Part shown: positions 1 to 8,406 of the stretch, piece by piece | Position numbering within the stretch: the first letter of the stretch is position 1 | How the letters are laid out: each line of letters starts with the position of its first letter | DNA from: Bacteroidota bacterium | GTDB lineage: Bacteria; Bacteroidota; Bacteroidia; Chitinophagales; Chitinophagaceae | Length of the DNA stretch: 64,000 nt | Direction of reading: 5' to 3' | NCBI GenBank assembly: GCA_040386555.1 | Contig: JAZKFF010000035.1 | Location: 50,893-114,892, forward strand | Position numbers and translations under genes: made by a program | The notes under the pieces: model-generated | What the model was told of the DNA's origin: nothing | Database searches by the model: none | Seen by the model: only the letters and a program-made list of their open reading frames with translations

Positions 1-75
1 TCCTTTTTGCTGGGCCAAAAGGTTGATACACACCAACAGCAGGATAACCGCAAATAAACTTCCCGTACGCTTCAT
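1..75 (-). CDS. 5' end of a secreted protein (partial, continues beyond window start)
   Basis: ATG at 75 on the minus strand reads MKRTGSLFAVILLLVCINLLAQQKG, a Sec-type signal peptide, open to position 1. Confidence 0.7.
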   Translation of the reverse strand, partial: MKRTGSLFAVILLLVCINLLAQQKG

Positions 76-170
76 GATGTTCAAAAATAAAAAAATATAA
101 GTAAATAAGGTGGTAAATTCCTTTTAGGCTGTGCGGGAATAGGGCCCGTAGATGCGTTACTGTACCTGCT

Positions 171-900
171 TACGTTTCAATTTCCGGTTTGCTCCCGGTT
201 TTTACCGGTGGACCGGCAAGGTGTATGTTGCTTAACTGATTGTTTTTTAGTGAATTATATTTTATTTTCGGGCTTTTTTCCGGTTGCCGGTGTAAAATAT
301 TTACCGGAAATGTGGTGGCGATCAGTTCCATTACACCCCCTCAATCATTCCGTGCTTTTAGTGCACCTGCATCTACGTTTCAATTTCCGGTTTGCTTCCG
401 GTTTTTACCGGTGGGTCGGCAAGGTGTGTGTTGCTTAACTAATTGGTTTTTAGTCGATTATGATTTGTTTTTAGCGACTTTTTCCGGTTGCCGGTGTAAA
501 ATACTTACCGGAAATGTGGTGGCGATCAGTTCCATTACACCCCCTCAATCATTCCGTGCTTTTAGTGCACCTGCATCTACGTTTCAATTTCCGGTTTGCT
601 TCCGGTTTTTACCGGTGGGTCGGCAAGGTGTGTGTTGCTTAACTAATTGGTTTTTAGTCGATTATGATTTGTTTTTAGCGACTTTTTCCGGTTGCCGGTG
701 TAAAATACTTACCGGAAATGTGGTGGCGATCAGTTCCATTACACCCCTCAATCATTCCGTGCTTTCAGTGCATCTGCATCTACGTTTCAATTTCCGGTTT
801 GCTTCCGGTTTTTACCGGTGGGCCGGAAATGACCATGTGCTGTAACTAGCTCATTATAAATTGTTTATGCAGGCTTTGTGAGCGAATTTCCGGTTGCCGG
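171..900. repeat. Tandem array of ~204-bp units (3 full copies plus 1 degenerate partial copy)
   Basis: TACGTTTCAATTTCCGGTTTGC starts at 171, 374, 578 and 781; copies 2 and 3 are nearly identical, copy 1 is diverged, copy 4 decays after ~45 bp. Confidence 0.95.
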
Positions 901-1258
901 ATAAATTGATTTTGCACTGCCCGCAGCTACCCTTTCCTTATTTTGTACCCTCGTGGGGGTGAGCTCCTTAGTTTTACCTGTAAAGGTGGGGAGGGAAAAC
1001 GGGTTTTGCAAAATGAAGTTTTATGATAAGCCGTTTTCTGCTACATCATGTGCCGTATGCTGTACATGATGTAAATTTCTTTTGGCTGTGGGCGCGGGTT
1101 GTAGGTGATTTTTCGTCTTTTTTGGCTTGGGTAGTATGTAGGGGTGTTTGCAATTCAAAAAGGAGGATGGAAATATGGGTCTAATGCCCCGCCTGAATCT
1201 ATGAAAGATCTATTTTTGTTCGGCCCTTGCGTATACCCTGCGCGAGTTTGGTGGAGGG

Positions 1259-1345
1259 GACACCAACAAAGGCGGAATCTATTTTTGTTTCGCAAGCGAG
1301 ACGCTTGCGGGAGTTAGGGCGAAGCGAGACGCTTCGACCCGTGGC
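1259..1345. repeat. REP-like palindromic cluster, copy 1 of a ~50-bp repeat
   Basis: GACACCAACAAAGGCGGAATCTATTTTTGTTTCGCAAGCGAG followed by the hairpins CGCAAGCGAGACGCTTGCG and CGAAGCGAGACGCTTCG. Confidence 0.7.
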
Positions 1346-1353
1346 GATACACT

Positions 1354-1389
1354 AAAAAAATAAAGCAGGCCGTGAAGCCTGCTTTATTT
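1354..1389. terminator. Intrinsic terminator of the 944-aa T9SS gene
   Basis: AAATAAAGCAGGC-cgtgaa-GCCTGCTTTATTT stem with an A/T tract, 17 bp past the stop codon. Confidence 0.8.
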
Positions 1390-1406
1390 CTAACTTAAGT
1401 TTAAAC

Positions 1407-4241
1407 CTACTTTTTGATAGTAAGCTTTTGTGTGCTTGTATTACCATCGCTGCTTTGTATCGCAACTAAATACAGCCCTGGTGTAAGCTTATCTGTTTTC
1501 AGGTATCCTCTGCCCGAGACGAATGTGATTTGACCACTATAAACACTACTTCCCGCTGCATTGATCACTTTAATATCTGCGGGCTTGTCCACTGGAATTT
1601 CTTGCAGAATGGTTATGTCGTTCGCAGCAGGATTGGGGTAAATGGTGTACCCTGCCTGTGCGGTAGCCGCATCGGCCAAATACCCGCCGTTATTCAATTT
1701 AGGAGAGCAGGCATTGACGGTCACTTGTTGATACCCCCAGCATTCGCCGGGAATAACATACCATATGTGTGCGCGGTCGTTAGGTGCAGTGGGCACAGCG
1801 GATGGTGCCGTTAGCACACCCGTGCTGCCCACCATGGTGAAGTTGCTATTTAAACTGTACCATGTGCCGCCTGTTGCGTCTATATCCAGGTCGACTACTT
1901 CTGAAGTGCAAAGATCAAAGTCGCCGGATCCTGATACGCTTACGGTGTATGGTGTAGTAACATTCACAGTAGCTGTTACCGCACATTTATCGAATTGAAA
2001 TAACCGGTAGGAAACCTCTGAAGTTCCGATTCCTGAGCTGTATTGCACAATTCCAGTTCCTGTCCCTACGCTAGCAACACTTGTGTTAGTGCTGCTCCAT
2101 GCCCCGCCTGATGGTGATCCCGAAAGGGTAGTGCTTTTACCAAAGCAGAAGCTTGTCGTGCCAGTCATCGTGGGTAATTCATGCACTGTAAACTGGTAAA
2201 AGGACTGACATCCATTAGGCATAGTCAGGATCACATTTGCAGTTGTTTCGGTAGTTGTTCCTGCAGCTAGCCTTCCATCACTGGCAATTGTGATAACCGA
2301 AGTGTTACTGGTACTCCATGTTCCACCACCGGCGCTTCCTGCCATTTGGATATTTATGTTGCCCAAACAGATATCGTGGAGATTGGGCGGGCTATTCGGG
2401 TTTATTGTAATCGGGTAACCGGATTGTATAACTGATATTTCCTTGGTGGCATAGCAGCCGCTTGGCAAAGTATAAGTAACGGTGGCATACACAGGAGAAA
2501 CAGTGCCCGTGTACACAGCATTGATAATGCCGGTCATACTACCTACAGTTAGGTTTGAAATGTCACTGCTGCTCCATGAGCCGCCGGCTGTTGCGTCGGA
2601 AAGTGTGGCCGAGGCGCCATTACATATTTCTGATATGCCCGATATCGCATCAGGATTAGCATTTACCGTCACAGTAGCTACAGCATAGTATCCACCGCTC
2701 ACCGTATAGGTGATTGTAGCAGTGCCATCAGCTATACCGGTTACAACACCGTTCGCGGAGCCTATGGTTGCGATTCCTGTATTACTGCTGCTCCATGTGC
2801 CTCCACCGGTAGCGCTTGCAAGGGTGGTGTTCATGCCCACGCATACTGACAGCATACCTGTGATTGCAGCCGGGTTTACTGTTACTACTGTTGTAGCATA
2901 GCAGCCGCCGGACAATGTATACGAAATAATGGTTGTACCCGGATCAACACCAGTTACAAGCCCCGTGCTTGAACCTACCGTGGCAATCGCCGTATTGGTG
3001 GATGTCCACGTGCCGCCAGATACCGAATTTGTTAATGTGATAGTAGCGCCATCGATAACGGTAGATGGTCCGCTGATCGTGGCAGGAGTCTGATTCACAG
3101 TGATCGTCACCGTCTTATAGCAGCCAGTGGATAACGTGTAGGAGATCGTTGCCGTTCCCGCGAGAACGCCAGTAACTACACCAGATGAATTAACAGTGGC
3201 TACGCCGGTATTACTACTACTCCATGTGCCGCCGCCGGTTGCATTGCTCAGTGAGGTTGTGGCCCCTTCACATACCGAGGTTGTGCCGGTTATTGTGGCA
3301 GGAATTGGGTCGATCGTGAATGTCAACGTGGCCGTGCAGCCAGTTCCGGACAAGTAGGTCACCGTAGCCGTTCCTGCAGTTACACCGGTAACGACTCCTG
3401 TAGTTGAGTTTATCGAAGCATTGGCATTGCTACTACTCCAGGTGCCACCTGCCGGTGTTGCCGTAAGTGTGGTGGTTTGATCTACGCATACACGGCTGCT
3501 ACCTGCAATGACCGCACCTACGGTTACTGTAGTATAGAAATAACATCCATTTCCCCTGGTATACGTTATGTTTGCTGTACCTGCGGATACGCCGACAATT
3601 GGCGTAGATGTTTGGGCCGGTGTTGATACCGTAGCTACTGCGGTATTGTTGCTGGTCCAGCTGGGGGTAGTACCTCCACTGTATAACATTGTGGATGATC
3701 CGGTACACATAGTAGTTGTGCCTGTTATTACAGCAGTAGGTAAAGGATTTACCGTAAAGGGTTTTGATATAGTGCAATTTCCCCCTATAGTGTAGTAAAT
3801 TGTCCCTGTACTACCTAAAGGTTCGCCACCACTTAATCCCGTAACAACTCCTGTTGAGGAGTTTACACTAACAACTGTAGAAAAGGCTGTTGTAGACCAG
3901 GTGCCCCCGGTAACTGAATGGCTCAAGGTAGAAGTGTACCCTACACAGGCCTTCGCGGTGCCGCTTATTGCAGGTATAGGATTTGAGTACACAAAAATGG
4001 TATGAGGAGTACTTTCAGTGGAGTATGATATATTGACGGACCCATATGCAACCCCGGTAACAACCCCGCTGGAGCTTACGGTTGCTCTGCTCGTATTTGA
4101 GCTACTCCAGGTTCCGCCGGTGGCCGTGCTTGTTAACGTCATTGTATAGCCTAAACATACTCCGTTTGGTCCTGTTATCTGTCCTCGCGCTCCTAAACAG
4201 CACAAGCATATTAGTAATGACAAAATCATTTTACTTATCAT
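1407..4241 (-). CDS. T9SS-secreted protein with ~10 tandem Ig-like (BIG2-like) modules and a C-terminal sorting domain
   Basis: Signal peptide; repeats of ITGxxxVCxGxTxTL...GGTWSSSN...TGVVTGV...GT.TI.Y...GC; C-terminal YTIYPNPA...LTPGLYLVAI...TQKLTIKK. Confidence 0.9.
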   Translation of the reverse strand: MISKMILSLLICLCCLGARGQITGPNGVCLGYTMTLTSTATGGTWSSSNTSRATVSSSGVVTGVAYGSVNISYSTESTPHTIFVYSNPIPAISGTAKACVGYTSTLSHSVTGGTWSTTAFSTVVSVNSSTGVVTGLSGGEPLGSTGTIYYTIGGNCTISKPFTVNPLPTAVITGTTTMCTGSSTMLYSGGTTPSWTSNNTAVATVSTPAQTSTPIVGVSAGTANITYTRGNGCYFYTTVTVGAVIAGSSRVCVDQTTTLTATPAGGTWSSSNANASINSTTGVVTGVTAGTATVTYLSGTGCTATLTFTIDPIPATITGTTSVCEGATTSLSNATGGGTWSSSNTGVATVNSSGVVTGVLAGTATISYTLSTGCYKTVTITVNQTPATISGPSTVIDGATITLTNSVSGGTWTSTNTAIATVGSSTGLVTGVDPGTTIISYTLSGGCYATTVVTVNPAAITGMLSVCVGMNTTLASATGGGTWSSSNTGIATIGSANGVVTGIADGTATITYTVSGGYYAVATVTVNANPDAISGISEICNGASATLSDATAGGSWSSSDISNLTVGSMTGIINAVYTGTVSPVYATVTYTLPSGCYATKEISVIQSGYPITINPNSPPNLHDICLGNINIQMAGSAGGGTWSTSNTSVITIASDGRLAAGTTTETTANVILTMPNGCQSFYQFTVHELPTMTGTTSFCFGKSTTLSGSPSGGAWSSTNTSVASVGTGTGIVQYSSGIGTSEVSYRLFQFDKCAVTATVNVTTPYTVSVSGSGDFDLCTSEVVDLDIDATGGTWYSLNSNFTMVGSTGVLTAPSAVPTAPNDRAHIWYVIPGECWGYQQVTVNACSPKLNNGGYLADAATAQAGYTIYPNPAANDITILQEIPVDKPADIKVINAAGSSVYSGQITFVSGRGYLKTDKLTPGLYLVAIQSSDGNTSTQKLTIKK

Positions 4242-4303
4242 AATAATTAATTTAAATGTGAAAATTTTATTTCAGTCGCTACTCCTGGCCGGGAATGATA
4301 TAG

Positions 4304-4379
4304 CAAACTTACATACGGCAACAATCGTTTCAAAAGAAATTGAGCTGCAATATGTTACGTACAGTGACAATTTGTCACT
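4304..4379 (-). promoter_or_regulatory. Bacteroidota -7 box plus palindromic operator upstream of the 944-aa gene
   Basis: TAAGTTTG on the minus strand at 4304-4311; perfect inverted repeat AGTGACAA-t-TTGTCACT at 4363-4379. Confidence 0.6.
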
Positions 4380-4439
4380 AATAGTGAAACGCTGATTAAT
4401 TCAAGGTGACAAGGGGAAAGAAACGCTAATAACTCCATA

Positions 4440-4706
4440 TCAGTCGTTCGATGGCGATGAGCAGTCGTTATCCGTTGAAGCCAATATTTCTTCGAGGGGA
4501 ACTTTATAATAACTGGCGAGCTGGTGAAGTGTTTTTATACTAAGGCCCTTATACCGGCCGTTTTCTATCTGGCTTATTACCGTGTGGCTAAAGCCTATAC
4601 TGCTTGCTACCGAGGTGAGCTTTTCGTTTCTTGAATGGCGGATGCTATATAGTTTGCTGCCTATTTGCTGAAACAAGTGTACTAAAGATGTAGTAGTCGT
4701 TTGCAT
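4440..4706 (-). CDS. XRE/Cro-CI family helix-turn-helix regulator
   Basis: IGSKLYSIRHSRNEKLTSVASSIGFSHTVISQIENG...TLHQLASYYKVPLEEIL, an HTH_3 pattern. Confidence 0.85.
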   Translation of the reverse strand: MQTTTTSLVHLFQQIGSKLYSIRHSRNEKLTSVASSIGFSHTVISQIENGRYKGLSIKTLHQLASYYKVPLEEILASTDNDCSSPSND

Positions 4707-4759
4707 GATATTTTAGTTTTCCCGTGAGCGTAGTAATAGGGGTTAAATAGACGGGTATT

Positions 4760-4828
4760 CAAATTTAGGGTGCGCGGTCCGCAACGCATAATATTCTTTT
4801 TTAACGGTCGAAAAACTTTTTTAACGGT
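4760..4828 (-). promoter_or_regulatory. Promoter of the XRE gene with direct-repeat boxes
   Basis: TAAATTTG at 4760-4767 (minus strand); CTTTTTTAACGGT at 4796 and 4816 (20-bp period). Confidence 0.55.
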
Positions 4829-4859
4829 AAAATGTCTGCTGCTTTTCAGGGTTTTGCCT

Positions 4860-5075
4860 TTGTTGGTGGCCCGACACCAACAAAGGCGGAAATCTATTTT
4901 GTGTCGCAAGCGAGGTGTCTGCAAGGGGCAAGGAAGCAGGACGTTTCGACCCCGTGAGTGGCAGGGCCCTACGCAAACACGGATGCCTCCGTAGGTGGCC
5001 AAGCCCTGTAGCACTGTATATGGTAAGTATGTTATGCTCCGTAGGAGCTACCCGGCCGGAGGTCGGAGCTAATTC
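4860..5075. repeat. REP-like palindromic cluster, including copy 2 of the ~50-bp repeat
   Basis: TTGTTGGTGgcccgaCACCAACAA hairpin; 4873-4914 matches 1259-1310; CTCCGTAGG motif occurs twice. Confidence 0.65.
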
Positions 5076-5130
5076 ACGCACAAAGTGAAAGTTTTTTTAC
5101 TTTTTATTTTTCACTTTTAATTTTTTCCCC

Positions 5131-5138
5131 TACTTTTG
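5131..5138 (+). promoter_or_regulatory. -7 promoter element of the rplK operon
   Basis: TACTTTTG matches the Bacteroidota TAnnTTTG consensus, ~110 bp upstream of rplK. Confidence 0.7.
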
Positions 5139-5247
5139 CGCTCCAATTCTCATATTGCTCTTATTAAGATTGCATTGGGAGAAAATAGTAGCTGACCTGA
5201 GCTTGTCGAAGGAAGGCGAACATTCGTTAACACCAAAACTAATTTAA

Positions 5248-5688
5248 ATGGCTAAAGAAATCAGCGGCTTCGTAAAGCTGCAGGTAAAAGGCGGCACGGC
5301 AAATCCAGCCCCGCCAATCGGCCCGGCGCTCGGCTCAAAAGGCGTCAACATTATGGAATTCTGCAAGCAGTTCAATGCACGCACGCAGGATAAGATCGGG
5401 AAGATACTCCCGGTTACACTTACAGTTTACACAGACAAATCTTTCGATTTCGTTATCAAGACCCCTCCTGCCGCAGTTCAGCTTATGGAGCTGGCCAAGC
5501 AGCCCAAAGGGTCTAAAGAGCCAAACCGTCAGAAAGTAGGTAAGGTTTCCTGGGCACAGGTAGAAGAAATAGCCAAAGACAAAATGCCTGATCTGAACTG
5601 CTTTACCCTCGAAAGCGCCATGAAAATGGTAGCAGGTACCGCACGCAGCATGGGCTTCACTGTAGAAGGCACCGCTCCCTGGGCTTAA
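5248..5688 (+). CDS. rplK: 50S ribosomal protein L11
   Basis: [29 protein letters not shown]...VAGTARSMG. Confidence 0.99.
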   Translation: MAKEISGFVKLQVKGGTANPAPPIGPALGSKGVNIMEFCKQFNARTQDKIGKILPVTLTVYTDKSFDFVIKTPPAAVQLMELAKQPKGSKEPNRQKVGKVSWAQVEEIAKDKMPDLNCFTLESAMKMVAGTARSMGFTVEGTAPWA

Positions 5689-5719
5689 TCCATTTTTTTA
5701 CCTTATTAAATTTCTGATA

Positions 5720-6409
5720 ATGGCGATCACTAAAAAAAGAAAAGCTGTAGAAGCTAAACTTGATAAAAATAAACAATACACACTCGCTGAAGCTGCAGGT
5801 ATGGTTAAGTCGGTTAACGTAACCAAATTTGACAGCTCAGTAGACGTGCATATCCGCCTTGGTGTGGACCCTAAGAAAGCCGACCAGGCTATCCGCGGCA
5901 CTGTTACCCTGCCACACGGCACCGGTAAAACCAAGCGCGTACTCGTGCTTTGCACGCCCGATAAAGAAGCAGAAGCAAAAGCAGCAGGTGCCGACTTCGT
6001 AGGCCTTGATGAATTTGTGTCTAAAATTGAAGGTGGCTGGACGGATGTAGACGTTATCGTTGCTACACCGTCGGTAATGCCTAAGATAGGCCGCCTCGGT
6101 AAGATACTCGGTCCTCGTAACCTTATGCCAAACCCTAAGACAGGTACCGTTACTAACGACGTGGCCAATGCGGTTAACGAAGTTAAGGGTGGTAAGATAG
6201 CGTTCAAGATAGACAAAGCGGGTATCATCCATGCATCTATCGGCCGCATCTCTTTTGAGCCTAAGAAAATAGCTGAGAACGCACAGGAGCTTATCAATAC
6301 CCTCGTTCGTATGAAGCCGGCTACTGCCAAAGGCGCATACCTCAAAGGTATCAGCCTGGCATCTACAATGAGCCCGGGCTTAGCTATCGACACAAAGACT
6401 GTAGCATAA
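5720..6409 (+). CDS. rplA: 50S ribosomal protein L1
   Basis: [16 protein letters not shown]...[11 protein letters not shown]...[16 protein letters not shown]. Confidence 0.99.
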   Translation: MAITKKRKAVEAKLDKNKQYTLAEAAGMVKSVNVTKFDSSVDVHIRLGVDPKKADQAIRGTVTLPHGTGKTKRVLVLCTPDKEAEAKAAGADFVGLDEFVSKIEGGWTDVDVIVATPSVMPKIGRLGKILGPRNLMPNPKTGTVTNDVANAVNEVKGGKIAFKIDKAGIIHASIGRISFEPKKIAENAQELINTLVRMKPATAKGAYLKGISLASTMSPGLAIDTKTVA

Positions 6410-6410
6410 A

Positions 6411-6545
6411 ATTTGAAAATGTGCTGATTTGAAAATTTCAGATCGCACAGAAAATAAAAAACTATTAAATAACATTTGAGAAGTTGATAGGAGAGCGGCA
6501 GTAACTAAGGCCATTTCAAATTTTCAAATTTTCAAATTTTCAAAT
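6411..6545. repeat. TTTGAAAAT / ATTTTCAAA inverted short-repeat tract (rplA-rplJ spacer)
   Basis: TTTGAAAAT twice at the left end and TTTTCAAA tandem copies at 6512-6545; a similar arrangement occurs at 7096-7180. Confidence 0.7.
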
Positions 6546-6552
6546 TAACAAC

Positions 6553-7083
6553 ATGACTCCTGCTCAAAAAAATGAAGCAATAGAAGTACTGAAAGGCAAG
6601 TTTGCCCAGTACAGCAATTTTTATATCACCAATACCGAATCATTAACGGTAGAACAGGTGAGCAAGCTCCGCAGGCTTTGTTTCGAAAAGAATGTGGAAA
6701 TGAAAGTGGCGAAGAACACCCTCATCAAAAAAGCCCTCGAAAGCTTTAATGACGAAAAATACAGCGATGTATATGAGTCGCTCAAGGGTGTTACCGCTAT
6801 AATGTTCTCTGAGTCTCCTAAAGAGCCGGCCCTCATCCTTGCTTCTTTCCGCAAGGGTATCAAAGGCGACAAGCCTGTGCTGAAGGCAGCCCTCATAGGC
6901 ACCGATACATTCACCGGCGACAACCAGCTCGATAACCTCACTAAGATCAAGACCAGGGATGAGCTTGTGGGTGAGATCATCGGACTGCTGCAGTCTCCTG
7001 CAAAGCGCGTACTGGCTGCACTTTTGCACCACCACGAGCAGAAAGCAGGTGGCGAAACAGTTGCCGCAGAGGCAGAAGCGTAA
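6553..7083 (+). CDS. rplJ: 50S ribosomal protein L10
   Basis: LTVEQVSKLRRLCF...MKVAKNTLIKKAL...ELVGEIIGLLQSPA. Confidence 0.97.
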   Translation: MTPAQKNEAIEVLKGKFAQYSNFYITNTESLTVEQVSKLRRLCFEKNVEMKVAKNTLIKKALESFNDEKYSDVYESLKGVTAIMFSESPKEPALILASFRKGIKGDKPVLKAALIGTDTFTGDNQLDNLTKIKTRDELVGEIIGLLQSPAKRVLAALLHHHEQKAGGETVAAEAEA

Positions 7084-7281
7084 GCTTCAAAACTTTGCGA
7101 TCTGAAATTTGAAGATCACATAGTTACAATGGTAATCGAAAAACAGGGGCATTTTCAAATCCTCAGATTTTCAGATCGCCACATTAAACAAGGCTTCCAA
7201 GTCAATATATAAAAGTTACAAGTAACAACAGTAACAAGTACAACAAACAATTTTTAAAAAACAACACAAAAAAAACATACA

Positions 7282-7653
7282 ATGGCAGACGTAAAATCAT
7301 TAGCTGAACAACTGGTAAGCCTTACTGTAAAACAAGTACAGGAACTGGCTGACGTATTAAAAGCTGACTACGGTATAGAACCAGCTGCAGCAGCAGTGGT
7401 AATGTCAGGTGGCCCTGCAGCTGCAGAAGCTGTAGCTGAGAAAACTTCTTTCAACGTAGTACTGAAGAGCGCAGGCGCTTCTAAGCTCAACGTTGTAAAA
7501 GCAGTTAAAGATCTTACAGGCCTGGGCCTGAAAGAGGCTAAAGAACTGGTAGACGGCGCTCCTAAGAACGTTAAAGAAGGCGTAGGCAAAGCAGAAGCTG
7601 AAGACATAGCTAACAAGCTGAAAGAAGCAGGTGCTGAAGTTGAGATCGCTTAA
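7282..7653 (+). CDS. rplL: 50S ribosomal protein L7/L12
   Basis: [42 protein letters not shown]. Confidence 0.99.
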   Translation: MADVKSLAEQLVSLTVKQVQELADVLKADYGIEPAAAAVVMSGGPAAAEAVAEKTSFNVVLKSAGASKLNVVKAVKDLTGLGLKEAKELVDGAPKNVKEGVGKAEAEDIANKLKEAGAEVEIA

Positions 7654-7670
7654 TTATCACGATACAACAG

Positions 7671-7710
7671 TAAAATTAAAAAGTCCCGATATCGGGACTT
7701 TTTAATTTTA
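7671..7710. terminator. Bidirectional terminator (perfect 40-bp palindrome)
   Basis: TAAAATTAAAAAGTCCCGAT|ATCGGGACTTTTTAATTTTA between convergent genes. Confidence 0.85.
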
Positions 7711-7815
7711 TACTATTCTTAGTAAATTGGTTGTAAGGGTGAAATGGTGTATGTTGATTTATATATCACCCCCATTTCGGATTTTTAAATTTTTACTTTG
7801 ACTTTTTTACTTTGA

Positions 7816-8349
7816 CTAGTGCTTGGTTACTTTGAAGTAGCCATTGGTCACGTTCACCACATCTCCCTTAGGCGATACGCCCTTGAAGTAAAACTGGCCG
7901 CTGAACACATTGAGGCTGTCATTATTCTCAATGATCTTGATACCGGCGGAATTGCCGAGCTTGCTGTCATATACATTGTAGGTCTGCCCCACAGAGTCAG
8001 ACCACATGATGTGGCGAAACTCCTGCTTAAAGCCGATATCGTACACATTGCCTTTCCACACATCGCGGAGGTAAAATGCCATTACCTGGTGGCCCTTTAC
8101 TGCTACCAGCACATTGGCCCCGGTAGAGTCTATGGTCAGGTAGGCCGCATCTGCTTTCCAGCCCGCTCCGTTTATGGTAGCGCTTACCGGCTCCCCGCCC
8201 GACCAGTTGAAGTCATCAGAGGTCAGCGGGTCAATTGGATTAATGCCACTATTGGTATTGCTATCAGGGTTGGCCTCGTAGTCGCCATTGCTGCACGCTG
8301 CAAGCCCCAATACACCGGCCACCATAAGGCTATAGAATATCTTTTTCAT
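7816..8349 (-). CDS. Lipoprotein of unknown function (DUF6252-like)
   Basis: MKKIFYSLMVAGVLGLAAC lipobox; VSATINGAGWKA...FSGQFYFKG...VTNGYFKV. Confidence 0.75.
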   Translation of the reverse strand: MKKIFYSLMVAGVLGLAACSNGDYEANPDSNTNSGINPIDPLTSDDFNWSGGEPVSATINGAGWKADAAYLTIDSTGANVLVAVKGHQVMAFYLRDVWKGNVYDIGFKQEFRHIMWSDSVGQTYNVYDSKLGNSAGIKIIENNDSLNVFSGQFYFKGVSPKGDVVNVTNGYFKVTKH

Positions 8350-8406
8350 TGAATGATTTATTAGCATAAAGATACCTAAGCACTATAATAATACAAAATA
8401 TTATTT

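Noticed and set aside
240-845. 201-aa plus-strand ORF with 68-aa repeats
   Set aside because: It stays open only because the 204-bp unit is a multiple of 3; the composition is Phe/Cys-rich and unprotein-like, and the frame breaks in copy 3.
171-900. CRISPR array interpretation
   Set aside because: Whole 204-bp units repeat with no unique spacers, and no cas genes are present.
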